Below, piece by piece: positions 25,658 through 27,994 of a stretch of 27,994 nucleotides of DNA. The notes beneath the pieces are model-generated. The model saw nothing but the letters and a program-made list of their open reading frames with translations. It made no database searches and was not told the DNA's origin. The translations under genes were made by a program, and so were the position numbers. Each line of letters opens with the position of its first letter. Position 1 is the stretch's first letter. This DNA comes from Chloroflexota bacterium (lineage in GTDB: Bacteria; Chloroflexota; UBA6077; CF-72). The stretch is from contig DASYKL010000384.1 of the NCBI GenBank assembly GCA_035995405.1, forward strand, positions 1 through 27,994. The letters are read 5' to 3'.

Positions 25658-26718
25658 GCAACCGACTCGGTCAGGTCCAGGGTGGTGCCAGTCAGATTTG
25701 GGCGCGGCGTTTCGCGGATGCGCGTAACCCGGCGCAGCGCATCGACCGTTTCGGCCAGGTCTTTCGCGCCACTGACGATCTCGTTGACCAGTTCCGTCAT
25801 GCCATCGGTGAGGTCGGGGTACTCGGCGAGCATCTCGGCATAGCCCAGAACGACTCCCAGTCGATTGTTCAACTCGTGCTGGGCGGTCCGCGCTGCTAAC
25901 AGCACCCCTTCGAGGCGGGCGCGTTCAAGCGCTGCGATCGCGGCGGCGCACAAGGTGGCCATCGTTTCGAGTGTCTCAGCCTCTTCCCGGCTGAACGTCC
26001 GCCGCGCATCACGCGTCCCGAGTGCCAGAGTGCCCAGCCGCAGGCCCTCGTGTATCAGTGCTACGGCGATGGTGCTGCCTTCACGCGCCGGCAGCTGCTG
26101 GGCCGCCGCGCTGGCCGCCACGCCCCGCATCGAGCTGAGCAGCTCGTGGGACTCGTCTTCGGAAACGCCGACCAGCTGTTGGGCGACGATCGTTTCGGCG
26201 CTCTGCCCGGCCAGCGATACCACGCCTGCCTCCGCGCCGGTCAGCTGCAGCGCTTCTTCGAGCAACGTGTTGTAGAGCGCCGGCGACTCGGTGGCTGTCG
26301 CCACATGCCGCGCCAGACGCAGAAGCGCCTCGCGACGGCGGTGCAACATGATCACGCGTTCGGCGGTGACCATCCGCGCGATCAGGTCTTCCATGTCGAA
26401 AGGTTTGGCCAGATAGTCATCGGCGCCGGACTTGCGGCCGGTCAGATGGTGTTGCTGATCGCCCAGCGCGGTCAGAAGGATGAAGTACGCGTATGGCGCA
26501 TCGCTGTCGCGCACGCGACGGCACAGCTCGGGCCCCTCGACGCGCGGCATCAACCAGTCGCTGATGATCACGTCGGCGCCCTGGTTGGTGAAGAGCTGCC
26601 AGGCTTCTTCGCCGTCGCGGGCGACGGTGACCGCCTGCCCGGTCCGCGCGATCAGGTCGTGCAACAGGTCACGAATGCCAGGGTCGTCCTCGGCGATGAG
26701 TACGCGCATGCCGCTCAA
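25654..26718 (-). CDS. REC-GAF-HisKA(DHp) signalling protein lacking an ATPase domain
   Basis: REC motifs VLIAEDD, SDWLMP and GADDYLAKPF. GAF-like middle region. H-box AQHELNNRL. The protein ends about 60 aa later with no N/G boxes. Start is TTG 26718 or ATG 26709. Confidence 0.85.
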   Translation of the reverse strand: MSGMRVLIAEDDPGIRDLLHDLIARTGQAVTVARDGEEAWQLFTNQGADVIISDWLMPRVEGPELCRRVRDSDAPYAYFILLTALGDQQHHLTGRKSGADDYLAKPFDMEDLIARMVTAERVIMLHRRREALLRLARHVATATESPALYNTLLEEALQLTGAEAGVVSLAGQSAETIVAQQLVGVSEDESHELLSSMRGVAASAAAQQLPAREGSTIAVALIHEGLRLGTLALGTRDARRTFSREEAETLETMATLCAAAIAALERARLEGVLLAARTAQHELNNRLGVVLGYAEMLAEYPDLTDGMTELVNEIVSGAKDLAETVDALRRVTRIRETPRPNLTGTTLDLTESVA

Positions 26719-26721
26719 AAT

Positions 26722-27994
26722 CTACTCATTGTTGAGCCGTTCGGCCACCCGGTCAGCCACGAGGCGCAAATCGGCGATGCGATATGGCTTGGCGATGACT
26801 TCGTGAACTCCGCGCTGTGCGGCTTCTTTCGGGTCGATCGCCGCACCCCAGCCAGTAACCAGCACGAAGCGCGTGCTCGGCCAACGATCCCGCACCTCGC
26901 TCGCCACGTCCCAGCCATTCTTGCCTGGTCCCAAGCCGAGATCCGAGATCACCAGGTCGAAGCGTTCGGTTTGCAGACGCTCGATGGCCTCCTCGCCCGA
27001 GGCGGTCACGACGACCTCATGCCCGTGCTGACCGAGAACAATACGGGCCATGCGGGCCAACTGCTCCTCGTCTTCGACGATCAGCACTCGCACGGACCGC
27101 TTTGATTCAGGCACCAATGCCTTCTCGACCGGCTCGACACTGCCGGTCGCCACGGGCACACTGGCACGTGGGAATTGCATTCGAAAGGTTGTTCCCCGAT
27201 TCGGGGCGGTGTCGATATCGATCGTGCCACCGTGCTTTTCGACGATTGCCAGGACCTGTGCCAGGCCGAGACCAGTGCCTTGCTCGCCTTTGGTGGTGAA
27301 GAAAGGATCAAATGCCCGCGCGGCGACTTCTGGTGGCATGCCACAGCCCGTGTCGGACACTTCGATGGCGACGTGCTCGCCCAATCGACACCCGCGCAGT
27401 CGAATAGTCCCACCCTGGGGCAAGGCATCAACGGAATTGAATATCAAATTGGCGATCGCCTCGCGTAATTCCGCTGGAGAGCCGTTGATCCAGGAGCCCT
27501 CGTCGGCCTCAACCTCCAGCGTGATGGGTCGGCCCGCCGCCTGCGCATGGTCGCGCCAACGTGGGGCAGTGACCCGTGCAATGTCGGCCAAAGCCTCGGC
27601 CACGTTGATGCGCTCGATCTCGGCTATCAGATCCTGGGTGCGCACGAATGACAGCAAGCCGCGCAGCGCCTTGCCGCCTTCCAGTGCCGCGCGTGCCGTG
27701 ATGTCGATCATCTCGCGCACCCGGCCGACCTCGGGAACCCCTTGCGACAGCTCCTGACGGACCATATCGCTATACCCCGTGATCAGCGCCAGGGATTGAT
27801 TCAGGTCGTGGGCGATGCCGCTCGCCATCTCGCCGAGCGCGCGCAGACGCTCGCCGTGGGCCATCGCATGGCGTGCGGCTTCGGCTTGCTTGCGTTCGGT
27901 AATGTCCATGGCAATGCCCGTCATGTGGAGTGGCTTGCCAGAGGCGTCGCGAGAGATGCGACCCTTGGCGAGCAGCCAGTGGACGCGGTGCGTC
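26722..27994 (-). CDS. Hybrid sensor histidine kinase (PAS/PAC-HisKA-HATPase-REC), 5' end outside the window
   Basis: Frame open to the right edge: PAC motif HRVHWLLAKGRISRDASGKPLHMTGIAMDITERK. H-box GIAHDLNQSL, then NLIFNSVDA, DTGCGM, FDPFFTTK and GTGLGL. C-terminal REC with LIVEDE, SDLGL and AKPY. Confidence 0.95.
   Translation of the reverse strand, partial: THRVHWLLAKGRISRDASGKPLHMTGIAMDITERKQAEAARHAMAHGERLRALGEMASGIAHDLNQSLALITGYSDMVRQELSQGVPEVGRVREMIDITARAALEGGKALRGLLSFVRTQDLIAEIERINVAEALADIARVTAPRWRDHAQAAGRPITLEVEADEGSWINGSPAELREAIANLIFNSVDALPQGGTIRLRGCRLGEHVAIEVSDTGCGMPPEVAARAFDPFFTTKGEQGTGLGLAQVLAIVEKHGGTIDIDTAPNRGTTFRMQFPRASVPVATGSVEPVEKALVPESKRSVRVLIVEDEEQLARMARIVLGQHGHEVVVTASGEEAIERLQTERFDLVISDLGLGPGKNGWDVASEVRDRWPSTRFVLVTGWGAAIDPKEAAQRGVHEVIAKPYRIADLRLVADRVAERLNNE

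Noticed and set aside
1..27994. CRISPR array, tRNA/rRNA, transposase, integrase, retron or phage genes
   Set aside because: No regularly spaced direct repeats, cloverleaf or rRNA signatures, and no recombinase or reverse-transcriptase motifs were seen.

Overview
High-GC bacterial chromosomal segment. The gene content and style suggest a soil Chloroflexota-like organism, which is an inference. There are no mobile elements, rRNA/tRNA genes or CRISPR arrays. Left to right: (1) a partial acyl-CoA dehydrogenase, a hot-dog thioesterase and a DUF5658-like membrane protein on the minus strand; (2) a membrane-bound GGDEF-EAL c-di-GMP enzyme; (3) an intergenic region holding a ~175-nt, multi-branched, pseudoknotted minus-strand RNA candidate that I cannot assign to a known family; (4) a metX-metY-CoA-binding-protein operon; (5) a secreted matrixin-type metalloprotease with no propeptide, sandwiched between two paralogous exported proteins with a TIMP/NTR-like OB-fold pattern; (6) a DosS/DosR-like GAF kinase and NarL-type regulator directly upstream of a form I aerobic CO dehydrogenase operon (coxMSL, AYRCSFR motif) ending in an XdhC-YHS fusion; (7) an NTF2-like protein, a CheY-like regulator and a PAP2 phosphatase; (8) a PNPOx-like/class II aldolase/UbiD operon divergent from a benzoate-CoA-ligase-family gene; (9) a CxxC-x17-CxxC zinc-ribbon gene with a switch-like leader, preceded by a small terminated unit encoding a 17-aa Cys-Cys-Trp peptide; (10) a poly-Ser membrane protein; (11) a three-gene phosphorelay (hybrid kinase, REC-GAF-DHp protein without an ATPase domain, OmpR-type regulator). 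The best candidates for undescribed biology are the orphan structured RNA, the protease/TIMP-like triad and the putative heme-GAF CO-sensing two-component system linked to CODH. All family calls come from reading motifs by eye; no searches were run.
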